DNA of 63,907 nt from Thermoplasmatota archaeon (GCA_016930135.1 JAFGHM010000083.1:1-63907), one strand, 5' to 3'; shown: positions 19,022 through 28,991, counted from the stretch's first letter. Numbers and translations are program-made. The notes: generated from the sequence alone by a model not told the origin.

Positions 19022-19434
19022 TGGCCCGCCCCCTTCTCGGCCTTCGCCTCCTTCGAGGCGAAGGCCTTCATTATGTCTACGTCGGAGACGAAACCGAGGA
19101 ATTCCTCCTTGTCGAATACCGCTATCTTCGACACGTTCTCATTGGACATCTTCTTGGCCACCCATCTCAGTTCCAGGTCCAGGTTGTTCATCACGACAAG
19201 CGGTTTACGCGCGTAGTCCATAACGGGGGTTGTGTTCAGATCCGCGCCATGGGCGATGGGCCCTTCGACGATGTCCCATCTCGTCACGATCCCGTAGGCG
19301 TCGCTGTATCCGCTCCTGTCGACCAGGAGGAAATCCGTCTTGTTCTCTATCATAGTCACAAGTGCCTGGGCGGCCGTCGCATCCGGAGCTATCCTCACCG
19401 GGCTCGAGCGGTTGATTATGTCTCTGAGCTCCAC
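19018..19434 (-). CDS. CBS domain pair protein
   Basis: YGIVTRWDI, GFVSDVDI; 4-nt overlap with next gene. Confidence 0.88.
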   Translation of the reverse strand: MELRDIINRSSPVRIAPDATAAQALVTMIENKTDFLLVDRSGYSDAYGIVTRWDIVEGPIAHGADLNTTPVMDYARKPLVVMNNLDLELRWVAKKMSNENVSKIAVFDKEEFLGFVSDVDIMKAFASKEAKAEKGAGQ

Positions 19435-19592
19435 TTACTCCCCCCTACCAAGAGCTGGGTGTAACGATTGTTATTGACGCTACTGTATTTCAATGTTCTC
19501 AGAGGTCAGTCGTGCGCCTTCGCCCATGCCTGGACGGCCAACCGCTCGTAGCTGGCGAATCCATAATACCGGGCAACGCAATCGGTAGCATC

Positions 19593-21008
19593 ATGGTAGG
19601 TGCCCTGGATGCACTCTTCAAGCCTCGTTCGGTGGCCCTCGTGGGGGCCTCCGCCAACCCGTCGAAGCTGGGCAACGTAGTGCTCAGGAACCTCCTTCAC
19701 GGACGATTCAAGATCTACCCTGTCAACCCCAGGGAGAGCGAGATACTCGGCCTGCCGTGCTACCGGTCCGTGCTGGACATCGAAGGCCCAGTGGACCTCG
19801 CACTGGTGTCAGTCCCCGCACAGTCAGCCCTCGCGCCGGTCAGGGAATGCGTCAAGAAGGGAGTGGACGTCGCAATCGTGACCTCCTCAGGTTTCAGGGA
19901 ATCAGGGCCTGCGGGGGCGGAGCTTGAACGCAGCCTGGTCGAAGCCGTACAAGGATCGAAGACGCGGCTATTGGGCCCGAACACAATGGGCGTGTTTGTT
20001 CCTTCAAGGCGCCTCGATACTCTGCTGATCCCCAAGGACAAGAGCAGGCGGCCGAGAAGGGGCGGCATCGCTATGCTCTCTCAGAGCGGGGCGATCTCCG
20101 TCTCCTTCCTGGAACGCGCCGCGGCATCCGGCTTGGGCGTATCGGCATGCGTCGGCCTCGGCAACAAGGCCGACATCGAAGAAAACAATCTGATTGAGTA
20201 TCTCGGAGACGATCCGGCGACCAGGTGCATCGCATTGTACCTAGAGTCCTTTGCCGATGGGGCGGGCTTCCTGACGGCGGCCGGCAGGATCTCCGCAGAC
20301 AAGCCCATCGTGCTTCTCAAGGCCGGGCGCACGGCTGCCGGTTCTCACGCAGCCTCTTCGCATACGGGCGCCATCGCATCCTCTTCTGACGCGCTGATCG
20401 ACGACGTCCTCAGACAGGCAGGCGTGGCAAGAGCCTACGACGAGGAAGAGTTGATCGATATCGCGAAGGCTCTCTCGCTTACCGGGAGCATCCGAGGTGA
20501 CAGGATTTGTGTCGTCGCCAGCGCGGGAGGCTATGGCGTCGTGGCGGCTGACTACGTCGAGTCCAAAGAACGCGGTGCAGGTCTGCGCATGGCCCAGCTT
20601 TCTCCTGAAACGAGATCGGAGTTGGAGAAGGTCATACCAGAGTTCTCCTCGACTAGCAACCCCGTGGACCTCACAGCGGGCGTCACGGATGCGATGTACG
20701 ACGCAGTGCTCGGTCTGCTGCAGAGAGACCCCGGTGTCGACGGCATCATGATGTCGCTAGAGTTGCAGCCACCGAATGTGACGAGCAAGTTGGTCGAGAT
20801 CACTGAGCGCAGGGCCATTTCCGAAGGAGCGCCGATTGTCGTGAGCGCATTTGGCGGCGAACGCACATCGGCCTTGATACGAGTGCTCGAAAGGCGGGGT
20901 GTACTGGCATATCCAACGATATGGCGTGCGGTAAGAGCGCTTCAAGCTCTCGCAGAGCGCGGGGCGTACCTGAAGAGGAGAAAAACGCGCTCAGAAGACC
21001 CAAGGTAG
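19593..21008 (+). CDS. acdA: Acetate/acyl-CoA ligase (ADP-forming) alpha subunit
   Basis: PRSVALVGAS, GPNTMG, SQSGA, GNKAD, SHTGA phospho-His, NPVD. Confidence 0.9.
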   Translation: MVGALDALFKPRSVALVGASANPSKLGNVVLRNLLHGRFKIYPVNPRESEILGLPCYRSVLDIEGPVDLALVSVPAQSALAPVRECVKKGVDVAIVTSSGFRESGPAGAELERSLVEAVQGSKTRLLGPNTMGVFVPSRRLDTLLIPKDKSRRPRRGGIAMLSQSGAISVSFLERAAASGLGVSACVGLGNKADIEENNLIEYLGDDPATRCIALYLESFADGAGFLTAAGRISADKPIVLLKAGRTAAGSHAASSHTGAIASSSDALIDDVLRQAGVARAYDEEELIDIAKALSLTGSIRGDRICVVASAGGYGVVAADYVESKERGAGLRMAQLSPETRSELEKVIPEFSSTSNPVDLTAGVTDAMYDAVLGLLQRDPGVDGIMMSLELQPPNVTSKLVEITERRAISEGAPIVVSAFGGERTSALIRVLERRGVLAYPTIWRAVRALQALAERGAYLKRRKTRSEDPR

Positions 21009-21066
21009 AAGGTCGGAACGGATTGTCCCGGAGTCTTCTGGAACGGGTTTCTGAAGGGTGTTTGCC

Positions 21067-21219
21067 TCAGGCCCCGATCCTGAAGACCTTCGTCCCGCAC
21101 TTTGGGCATGTGCCCTTCATAGCGGGCTTTCCGTTCTTCAGCTTGACCTTCTTCGGGTCCTTCATCTCGACGGACTTCTTGCACTTGACACAGTAGGCCT
21201 TCGTCAGATTTCCCACCAC
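21067..21219 (-). CDS. DUF5679 family small basic zinc-ribbon protein
   Basis: AYCVKCK...KNGKPAMKGTCPKCGTKVFRI; start GTG 21219/21216 or CTG 21207. Confidence 0.88.
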   Translation of the reverse strand: MVGNLTKAYCVKCKKSVEMKDPKKVKLKNGKPAMKGTCPKCGTKVFRIGA

Positions 21220-21316
21220 GCCTGTATCGGCTAGTGTCAATATATAGCCTTTCCGATGTTTTCCAGATGAATCTCGCAAGCGTGTTTCTTCTCCATACTG
21301 GCATCGGGAAACGTGA

Positions 21317-22726
21317 GTGAATGTCTTTCGAAGGAAGACCCGCGCACAAGGTTCTTATACTCTAACAAGGCGATTCGCGGCGAGAAGGGATGGGGCGCGG
21401 GTGAATTCCACCATCGCGGAAGACGGCCAGTCCGAGACGGGGTCGCAGCGGAAGATACTGTCCAAGATGGCCCAGAACCAGGCCGGCGTGAGCTTGGGAA
21501 GGGGCATGGCGGACCCGTACGTACCCGTGCTCGCAGTCGTCTTGGGCGCAACACCCATCCAGCTGGGATGGCTGCAGGCGTTCGTCAACCTGTTCCCCAC
21601 GGTCATGCAGGTCCCCTGGGGCAAACTCAGCGATTTCCTCGGGCGGAGGATACCTTTTCTCGCAGCGGGTGGCGTCCTCTCCTTCGGCCTGTATTTCTTC
21701 ATGATCGGGGCAGTGAGCGCCTGGCAGCTGATAATCATCGTCGCAGCGCAGATGTTCATAGGGTCGATGATGGTACCCACTTGGTCCGCCCTGGTCGGAG
21801 ACGTCACGACTGTCAAGAACAGGGGTTCCGTCATGGGCAAGTTCTTCGCGATATCATCCTTCGCCAGTCTGATTGGCACCTTGTTCGCTGGGTCAGTCAT
21901 ACCTGCAAACGACCAGACTGCGATGGACTTCGCAGTGCCCTTCTGCATTGCTGGTCTGAGCGGCATCGTGGGATCGGTGGTTCTGTACGAGGTCTACGAG
22001 GTGAAGCGTCGGCTCTTCGCGTCTCCGAAAAGGATCTTCGCGTTCAGCCTGAAATCGTTCATATTCATATCCGACCTCACCGAGAACAAGAACTACAGAA
22101 ACCTCGTGACGCTCAACACGGCGTTCAACTTCATAATGTCCCTGATCTGGCCTATCTTGGTCCTGACATATCTCGAGGTCCTTCACGCCTCGCCGTTCGA
22201 GATAGGCATAATGGCCGTGATCTCGACCGCGGCAACTCTCTTCTTCCAGACCAAGGTCGGGAAGCTCTTGGATGTCATAGGTCCCATGCCGCAGATACTC
22301 ATATCCAGGTTCGCGTACATATCGGTGCCAGTCGTCTACGCGCTTGCAACGCAGGTGTGGCATATCTATGCCATCAATGCGGCCCTTGGGCTTGCGACTG
22401 CTATGTCCAACGTGGCGTTCTTCGCCTATATACTGGACGTCGCTCCACCTGAGAAGAAGGGCGAGTACTTCGCGGTCTACAACACGATGATCGGCGTCGC
22501 CACGTTCGTCGGCTCGATAATCGGGGGTTATCTGGCCTACTTCTTCCTGGACTACTATGGCGGGAACTGGGTGCTGGGACTTGGCGCGGTATACGCGATA
22601 TCCGCCTTCGGAAGGGCCGCAGGCTCGGTCTGGTTCTTCAAGCTCAAGGACCCTGTCAGGTATCCGGATACCCTCAGGGGCGTCATCAAGAAGGCGATAG
22701 CGCACTATCATGCTCGCCTGAGTTGA
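21317..22726 (+). CDS. MFS transporter
   Basis: WGKLSDFLGRR motif A, about 12 TM; true start may be about 21401. Confidence 0.9.
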   Translation: MNVFRRKTRAQGSYTLTRRFAARRDGARVNSTIAEDGQSETGSQRKILSKMAQNQAGVSLGRGMADPYVPVLAVVLGATPIQLGWLQAFVNLFPTVMQVPWGKLSDFLGRRIPFLAAGGVLSFGLYFFMIGAVSAWQLIIIVAAQMFIGSMMVPTWSALVGDVTTVKNRGSVMGKFFAISSFASLIGTLFAGSVIPANDQTAMDFAVPFCIAGLSGIVGSVVLYEVYEVKRRLFASPKRIFAFSLKSFIFISDLTENKNYRNLVTLNTAFNFIMSLIWPILVLTYLEVLHASPFEIGIMAVISTAATLFFQTKVGKLLDVIGPMPQILISRFAYISVPVVYALATQVWHIYAINAALGLATAMSNVAFFAYILDVAPPEKKGEYFAVYNTMIGVATFVGSIIGGYLAYFFLDYYGGNWVLGLGAVYAISAFGRAAGSVWFFKLKDPVRYPDTLRGVIKKAIAHYHARLS

Positions 22727-22792
22727 GCCATTTCTGATCAGACCGTCTCGACATGAAGTAGAAAAAACATGTGTGGAAAGTGTTTGGCCGGC

Positions 22793-22915
22793 TCATATGT
22801 TCCTCTTGCTGGGGCCGGATATCCTGATGGCTCTCCTCTCCGTCCTCGGGACTTTGGCGAGATACCGCTCAAGACGAATCTGTCTGTATGTTTTCCAGAG
22901 TCTGCTCGGTCGCAT
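22793..22915 (-). CDS. 40-aa Arg-rich small protein
   Basis: MRPSRLWKTYRQIRLERYLAKVPRTERRAIRISGPSKRNI; AAGGAGGTGG SD 5 nt upstream; not in ORF track. Confidence 0.6.
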   Translation of the reverse strand: MRPSRLWKTYRQIRLERYLAKVPRTERRAIRISGPSKRNI

Positions 22916-23112
22916 TGCATCCACCTCCTTAGAAGTGAGAAACCTGGCGTATTCCACCGAAGTGGTCTCCGCCGATCACTCGAAGGATGCTCGCGCTATC
23001 CCCCAATCGTTGGGCGAACAATCCAGTCCTCTGTGGGTTGGCGCGAACATACTTATCGAATATCCCCTAGGCTGCGGGGTTATTTGAGGGTTTTGCCGTT
23101 ACCATTTGTTTG

Positions 23113-23130
23113 TATAAAAATATTTTTATA
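23113..23130. promoter_or_regulatory. Perfect 18-bp AT palindrome (back-to-back TATA boxes or operator)
   Basis: TATAAAAATATTTTTATA equals its own reverse complement; lies in an AT-rich divergent intergenic region. Confidence 0.6.
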
Positions 23131-23537
23131 AAAACATTCCATGACGAAAAAACCGGAATGAATGCGTCGTTTCTCGGACATCACATGCGCGGAGTCTGGA
23201 CTCCTGCACCTATCTCGTTCTGAACATCCATTTGTTAAAAAGATGTTTGATATATAATTTATAGTAGATTAAAATCACAGTTACATCGAATCTCGTTGTC
23301 AGAACGCCGATGTTCTGGAAGGCGAATCATGGATAGTCCGTGCGTGTCAGCTCGAAAGGACGAACATAAGACCTATCGTGACGAATATCCCTATGAACAG
23401 AGCGAAGAGGAACCACAGCGCCCTCCTGTCGATCATGCGTCTCGGGAATCGAATTGCATGCTGAGCTTAACTTCTTTTCCGAGAAGGCCTGTGACTTGGC
23501 GAAGTTCGATATACACGTGAATGGGATTCAGTAGAAC

Positions 23538-24416
23538 ATGTCCATCGAGGAGCTCAAGGAGATTACGAGCAAAGAGAGGATCATCCTGTATCTTTCGGAG
23601 TACCATAACATGGATGATCGATATGAGCTGCCCTCGGACGTCATACAGCAGTCCATAGCGTTTGCCACAGGTGTGCAGAGGAAGCACCTGTCCCAGTACC
23701 TGGACTCATTGATCGAGGAGGATCTCATAGTAGAGCGCAAGGCCCACATCCAGGGCATGAAGCAGCGAATGAACGGATACTACCTGACGCCGGGGGGCTA
23801 TTCGCGGGCCACTGGCCTGAGATGCAGGGTGGAGAACATGGTCGTCCCCATCGTGATCAACGGCAGTGTCAAGGAGATGCGCGTGGCCGACATAGATGAC
23901 GCCACGTCGGCCCACATAACTCTGTGCGACATAGTCAGGGAAGCCATTCGGGGCAACGGCCTGACAATCAGCGCTTTGGAGACGATCGAGCAGAGGAAGA
24001 GGATGGCGCTCGAGGCAAAGGAGCAGGACACCGAGGTGTACAAGCGGGCACTTCTCACTGCCTGGAGAGACGGCAGGGTCACCGCAACTGAGAGGTTCCT
24101 GGTCGAGGAGCTGAGGAAGCATCTCAACATATCGGAGGAACAGCACCGGAACCTGGAAGCCGAGATAGTGAAGAGTCTCGCCCAGGACCACATGGAGTTC
24201 CGAAGGATCTACAGAACGGTGCTGGAGGTGGCGCTTGCCGACAAGGCGATCTCCGGTCCAGAGGAGTCGATCCTCGAAGGTCTTCGGCGCGTCATGAGGA
24301 TATCGAGAAAGGAACACGATGAGCTAGTGCGCGAGGTTGAGGTCTCGATATGTGGGCCCTCCGGCCATGAGAGAGATCTTCAGCGCGAGGCTATGAAGCT
24401 TGTGAGGGCTCACTAG
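23538..24416 (+). CDS. Winged-HTH protein with two C-terminal TerB-like helical repeats
   Basis: QQSIAFATGVQRKHLSQYLDSL...YYLT wHTH; repeats AWRDGRVTATE...ISEEQH and ALADKAISGPE...ISRKEH. Confidence 0.7.
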   Translation: MSIEELKEITSKERIILYLSEYHNMDDRYELPSDVIQQSIAFATGVQRKHLSQYLDSLIEEDLIVERKAHIQGMKQRMNGYYLTPGGYSRATGLRCRVENMVVPIVINGSVKEMRVADIDDATSAHITLCDIVREAIRGNGLTISALETIEQRKRMALEAKEQDTEVYKRALLTAWRDGRVTATERFLVEELRKHLNISEEQHRNLEAEIVKSLAQDHMEFRRIYRTVLEVALADKAISGPEESILEGLRRVMRISRKEHDELVREVEVSICGPSGHERDLQREAMKLVRAH

Positions 24417-24434
24417 TCGTCCTAGCTGGACAAG

Positions 24435-24746
24435 TCAGGCCCTGATCCCAGCATGTTCTCTGCCTGATGGACCCTCCTTGAAGGCGAAAGCCATCCTTAG
24501 GGTGTTGTGGTCGTATCCGACGCGGCCCTTCCTGGTGACCATTACCAGGCCACCGTAGCCGTCGACCCGATCTGCGAGGATTTCGATTCCGAGTCGACAT
24601 GCTTTCATCGGGTCCTTGGTATCCTTCACCAGTTCCAGTGCGCTCTTAGCAAGGACCACCGATATGATCTTCTCGCCCCATCCGGTCGCAGGGGCAACCC
24701 CAATCATGTCGTCAGCGTATGCAACTGATCCGACGATGGGAGTTTC
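24435..24746 (-). pseudogene. C-terminal remnant of isoaspartyl peptidase / L-asparaginase (Ntn hydrolase)
   Basis: ETPIVGSVAYADD...ATGWGEKI...GYGGLVMV...HNTLRMAFA; N-terminal part and nucleophile Thr absent, in-frame TAG just upstream. Confidence 0.75.
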
Positions 24747-25005
24747 AGCCCACTAGTTTGAATACCCTGTCGTGCGGTCTCGCGCGTTCCTTCACCTTGA
24801 TTCCCACCGATTGGCCAGCCGAAGCGCTCGGAACAGGGTTCCTGTCTATCTCCATCGACTCTATCTTCTGTTCGAAGTTGGTTGTGGCGCCCCTGATCCT
24901 GATGGTGTCACCAATCGATAGCGTGCCCGATGTGATCTCGACAGCCACGACGCTCGGCTTTGCAAAGAAGATCGTTACCTTGCCTACCTCCGCCTCCTCG
25001 ACCAT
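24745..25005 (-). CDS. Small EF-Tu domain 2-like / U32 peptidase C-terminal-like beta-barrel protein
   Basis: VGKVTIFFAKPSV, IGDTIRIRGATT, SMEID, GIKV...ARPHDRVF. Confidence 0.85.
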   Translation of the reverse strand: MVEEAEVGKVTIFFAKPSVVAVEITSGTLSIGDTIRIRGATTNFEQKIESMEIDRNPVPSASAGQSVGIKVKERARPHDRVFKLVG

Positions 25006-25192
25006 GCGAACCCTCGGACTTCTAATCGCATTCCGGCTATTTATCAGCTATCTGCGTGATGAATGACGCATCGCTCCCCGTGTCATCCCTATGTTGTGGG
25101 ATGGCCATTGGCAATCGGACTTCTCGACAAGTTATAATAGGAAGGAGTGTTTCACTCACCTATCGTCCGCGGAATCAGCCAGGGGATGCATC

Positions 25193-26518
25193 ATGCAGAG
25201 CTCGGCTCCGATAGCGAAGAGCGCGAAGGCGGATAGGCCCCGCCCGATCTCGCCCAAATTCGCAGGGGAGATGCTGAACGTTGTATCCGACATAATGTCG
25301 GTAGGCCACCTCGATGCTGTCCTCGAGCGCATCGCGTCCACCGTGGCCGAGCTCTTCTCCATGCGAGCCCTCGTGATAGCAGTCCTTGACCCAGCGGAGC
25401 AGCTGTTCAGGGTCAGAGTCACCTACGGTTATGACAAGGAAAGAGGGAAGAAGATCCGTAAGTTCACATACACCCACGAGAGGCTGAGACTCGACCTCGA
25501 AGAGAAGTACAGGATAGCAGATGATGTGTATCTCGTCCGTCCGGAACCCGGCCAGATCATCAAGGGCGAGGAGCCTTTCTACATACGTCTGGACCGCATA
25601 AGCATCCCGAGGACTGACCCCTCCGTCTGGCACGAGCTAGACTACATCAGGTTCGTGGTCAGGAGCAGAGATGGCGAGCCGATCGGGTTCCTAGAGGTGA
25701 ACGAGTCAGAGAATGATAGGATCCCGGACGCGGAGACCATCGAGGCGATGAGGGTGTTCTCGGGATTGGCAGCTGTGGCCATCGAGAATGCGACCATGTT
25801 TCAGAGACAGGTCGAGATAGCCCAGAGGCTCAGGTTCCTCAGCGACATAATCTCTCACGACATCAACAACTGCAACCAGGCAGTTACGAGTTACGTCCAG
25901 ATGGCCCTGGGGTCCAAGGGCCTCTCCTCGAAGGTCGGAACCTATCTGGAGCGCGCCTCATCCTCAGCGTGGGGCATCAGCGAGATCATCCAGAGGGCGA
26001 ACAAGCTGATGAAGATCGAGGAGGAGGGGGCCAAGAACCTGGGTCCCATCGAGCTTGGCGAGATCTTGAGGGAGAGCATCGCTGAGGTGCAGAGGAACAA
26101 CGCTGACGCCTCGGTCAAGTTCGACCTCAAGCTCGGGGACCGCAGGTATTTCGTTCTGGGAAACGAGCTCGCCGACGAGATATTCACGAACATCCTGGAG
26201 AATGCTGTGGACTACGATCCTCACGACGATGTCTCGGTCGAGATCTCCGTCGGTGTGTTCACAGTCGAACCGAGGCGCTACTGGTGCGTGTCGATAGCGG
26301 ACAACGGCATCGGCATTCCGGACTCCAAGAAGAACATTGTCTTCGGGAGGTTCCAGGAGACAACCGACCGGCCACCCGGAAGCGGGCTTGGCCTTTCCAT
26401 CGTGCGCGCCATAGTCGATGCTTACCATGGCATAGTCTGGGTAGAGGACAGGGTGCCGGGGGACCCCTCCAAGGGGAGCATCTTCAGGGTCGCGCTCCCC
26501 ATGGTTTCCGGGAAGTAG
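25193..26518 (+). CDS. GAF sensor histidine kinase
   Basis: SHDINN H-box, NILENA N-box, DNGIG G1, GSGLGL G2. Confidence 0.92.
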   Translation: MQSSAPIAKSAKADRPRPISPKFAGEMLNVVSDIMSVGHLDAVLERIASTVAELFSMRALVIAVLDPAEQLFRVRVTYGYDKERGKKIRKFTYTHERLRLDLEEKYRIADDVYLVRPEPGQIIKGEEPFYIRLDRISIPRTDPSVWHELDYIRFVVRSRDGEPIGFLEVNESENDRIPDAETIEAMRVFSGLAAVAIENATMFQRQVEIAQRLRFLSDIISHDINNCNQAVTSYVQMALGSKGLSSKVGTYLERASSSAWGISEIIQRANKLMKIEEEGAKNLGPIELGEILRESIAEVQRNNADASVKFDLKLGDRRYFVLGNELADEIFTNILENAVDYDPHDDVSVEISVGVFTVEPRRYWCVSIADNGIGIPDSKKNIVFGRFQETTDRPPGSGLGLSIVRAIVDAYHGIVWVEDRVPGDPSKGSIFRVALPMVSGK

Positions 26519-26586
26519 GCTCCAGTGTGCTTCATGCCCCTGGGAAGTTTTATCTCCAAGACGTGGGTTCTGGTATCTTGAAATCC

Positions 26587-27345
26587 ATGAAACTCGATGG
26601 AAAGGTCGCCCTTATCACGGGCGGAACCGAAGGTATGGGCTACAGCACTGCGAAGCTCTTCCTCGAGGAGGGTGCCAGAGTTGTCATCACTGGCAGATCG
26701 AAGGAGAAGGCCGCCAAGGCTCTGAAATCGCTGAGGAAGCTCGGACAGGTCGTGTTCGTCCAGGGTGATGTGTCGAAAGCTTCAGACGCCAGGCGCATGG
26801 TCGAGACAACGGTGAGGGCCTTCGGCGGGATAAACATCCTCTTCAACAACGCAGGGGTCTACATGGAGAAGCTGGCAGAGGACACGAGTGAGGAGGAATG
26901 GGACCGGGTACTCGACATCAACCTGAAGGGAACATTCCTTGTCACGAAGTACGCGATACCGCACATGAAGCGGCAGCGATCCGGCGCGATAGTCAACAGC
27001 TCGTCGGATGCGGGATTGGTCGGGAACAAGAACTGTCCAGCCTACTGCGCCTCGAAGGGTGCCATCACAATAATGTCGAAGGCCATGGCCCTCGACTACG
27101 CCCCGTACGGGATAAGGGTCAACACGGTGAACCCTGGGTGCATAGACACACCCATGCTGGCCAAGGAAGCGATGGCGTCTGGGAACCCCGTGAAGTACAT
27201 GAAGCAGACGCGAAAGGACCACCCGATAGGCAGAGTGGGCACCCCGGAGGAGGTCGCCCATGCGGTCCTATTCCTGGTCTCAGACGAGGCGGCCTTCATC
27301 ACAGGTGCAGCCCTTTCGATCGACGGTGGGCTGACCGCTCAGTAG
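26587..27345 (+). CDS. SDR family oxidoreductase
   Basis: TGGTEGMG, NNAG, YCASK. Confidence 0.93.
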   Translation: MKLDGKVALITGGTEGMGYSTAKLFLEEGARVVITGRSKEKAAKALKSLRKLGQVVFVQGDVSKASDARRMVETTVRAFGGINILFNNAGVYMEKLAEDTSEEEWDRVLDINLKGTFLVTKYAIPHMKRQRSGAIVNSSSDAGLVGNKNCPAYCASKGAITIMSKAMALDYAPYGIRVNTVNPGCIDTPMLAKEAMASGNPVKYMKQTRKDHPIGRVGTPEEVAHAVLFLVSDEAAFITGAALSIDGGLTAQ

Positions 27346-27418
27346 CCTCCTATGGGCCTGCGTTCGTGGAAAGGGATAAATCCGGGCGCACGCCCTCATG
27401 GATGGCGGAGCTGGTGTC

Positions 27419-27949
27419 ATGGCAGGCAGATCGGAAGAACACCTCCTGGTCTTGAGGAACGCCATACAGATGGAGATGGAGGGCAAGGACTTCTTCGAGA
27501 GAGCTGCCAGCAAAGTACAGCACGCCCGCGCGAAGCAGATGTTCGAGGGCCTCGTCAAGCAGGAGCAGAGGCATATTGATGTTCTGGGCAAGGAGTTCGA
27601 GAGGCTGAGCCAGGGGAAGAGCTGGATGTCCCTCAAAGAGGCCGAGGCGCTGCCTTCTGGCCTACCCAGGGTCAGCGTCTTCAAGGACGCCAAACTGAAG
27701 CGAATCAGGTTCCCCTCCAATGCGGGGGAGCTGGAAGCGCTGAAGATAGGCATGGATGTGGAGCAGAAATCCATAGACTACTACACCTCAGCTCGTGATC
27801 GGGTCGCGAACACCAAGGCCAAGGCGATATTCAGTTGGCTGGTGAAGGAGGAGTCGGGCCACCTGACGATACTGAGCGCCGAGTATGAATACAGAAAGGG
27901 CTCGGGATTCTACTACGACGAACCGGAGTTCAGCCTAGAGGTCATGTGA
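27419..27949 (+). CDS. Ferritin-like (rubrerythrin family) protein
   Basis: Two E...ExxH diiron half-sites (EQRH, EESGH). Confidence 0.88.
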   Translation: MAGRSEEHLLVLRNAIQMEMEGKDFFERAASKVQHARAKQMFEGLVKQEQRHIDVLGKEFERLSQGKSWMSLKEAEALPSGLPRVSVFKDAKLKRIRFPSNAGELEALKIGMDVEQKSIDYYTSARDRVANTKAKAIFSWLVKEESGHLTILSAEYEYRKGSGFYYDEPEFSLEVM

Positions 27950-27950
27950 T

Positions 27951-28991
27951 TCAGATCGTGCCGTGTCTTATCGCCTCGACAGTCAGCAGCATGTCCGAGA
28001 ACACTGCATAGGCCGTCTGAGTCAGGGCCGGGCTAGACTCAACTACCGTGATGTCGCCCATGAGGTCCGTGCTCATAGTGAGCGAGCTTGAAGTGCCGTC
28101 CACAGCCCACATGGGGCTATCCGGGCCCACTCTTTCTGGACGGACCTGTAGCTTGATCGAGGATCCTTCTCTGAAAGCGCGGGCGACGAGCTTGATCTTC
28201 TTTCCCTCTGCAGAGGCCTCCCTGATCTCCTCAAGGCTGATGCCCCGGATTCCCAGCCTGTCAACCATCTTCGGGTTCATCCCGGCGTCCATGAGCACGT
28301 TCGCAAGAGCGGTTATCTTGGCAGAGGCGTCCCAGCCGTCCACATCCAGAGATGGGTCGGCCTCCGCGATACCCCTTGCCTGTGCCTCCTGTACGGCCAT
28401 CTCCATTGACTTGCCCCTGGACATCTCGCCGAGGATGAGATTGGAGGTGCTGTTCAGTATGCCCGTCAGGCCGAGGATTTCGCACCCCGGGAGAGTCCTC
28501 TCCACCAGGTTGAATATGGGGGTGCCGTCCATGACGGTCCCCTCGAACCTGAGATGCACGCCCTTGGACCTGGCGATGTCGCGCAGTTCCTCATAGGCCC
28601 AGGCTATGGGGCCTTTGTTGGCCGTGATCACATCCATGCCTGCCCGCATGGCGGTGCGGAGGTGGTCTATCGCCGGCTGACCAGAATCGATGTTCAGAGT
28701 CGACAGCTCGATCATGATATCCGCATCGCACTTCTCGATGATGCCGATCGGTGAAAGCGCCGTCGAATCGCTCCCGTAAGCCGGAAGCGAGCCCGATCCG
28801 ATGGCGCTCAGCACCCGCTCAAGGTCGAGCGCTCGTTTCGATAGCAGAGAGCCTCTGGATCTGGTTGCGATTGCGAGGACCTCCACATCGAGTCCCTTCT
28901 TCCTGAGGAGCCAGTCGCGTTTCGCCATGAGCAGGCGCGCGAACTGCTGGCCTACGTTACCGAACCCAACCAATGCCAGCCTGAGTATCAT
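27951..28991 (-). CDS. hom: Homoserine dehydrogenase
   Basis: GFGNVG, TANKGP, EGTVMDGTP, GILNSTSN, AEADPSLDVDGWD. Confidence 0.92.
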   Translation of the reverse strand: MILRLALVGFGNVGQQFARLLMAKRDWLLRKKGLDVEVLAIATRSRGSLLSKRALDLERVLSAIGSGSLPAYGSDSTALSPIGIIEKCDADIMIELSTLNIDSGQPAIDHLRTAMRAGMDVITANKGPIAWAYEELRDIARSKGVHLRFEGTVMDGTPIFNLVERTLPGCEILGLTGILNSTSNLILGEMSRGKSMEMAVQEAQARGIAEADPSLDVDGWDASAKITALANVLMDAGMNPKMVDRLGIRGISLEEIREASAEGKKIKLVARAFREGSSIKLQVRPERVGPDSPMWAVDGTSSSLTMSTDLMGDITVVESSPALTQTAYAVFSDMLLTVEAIRHGTI

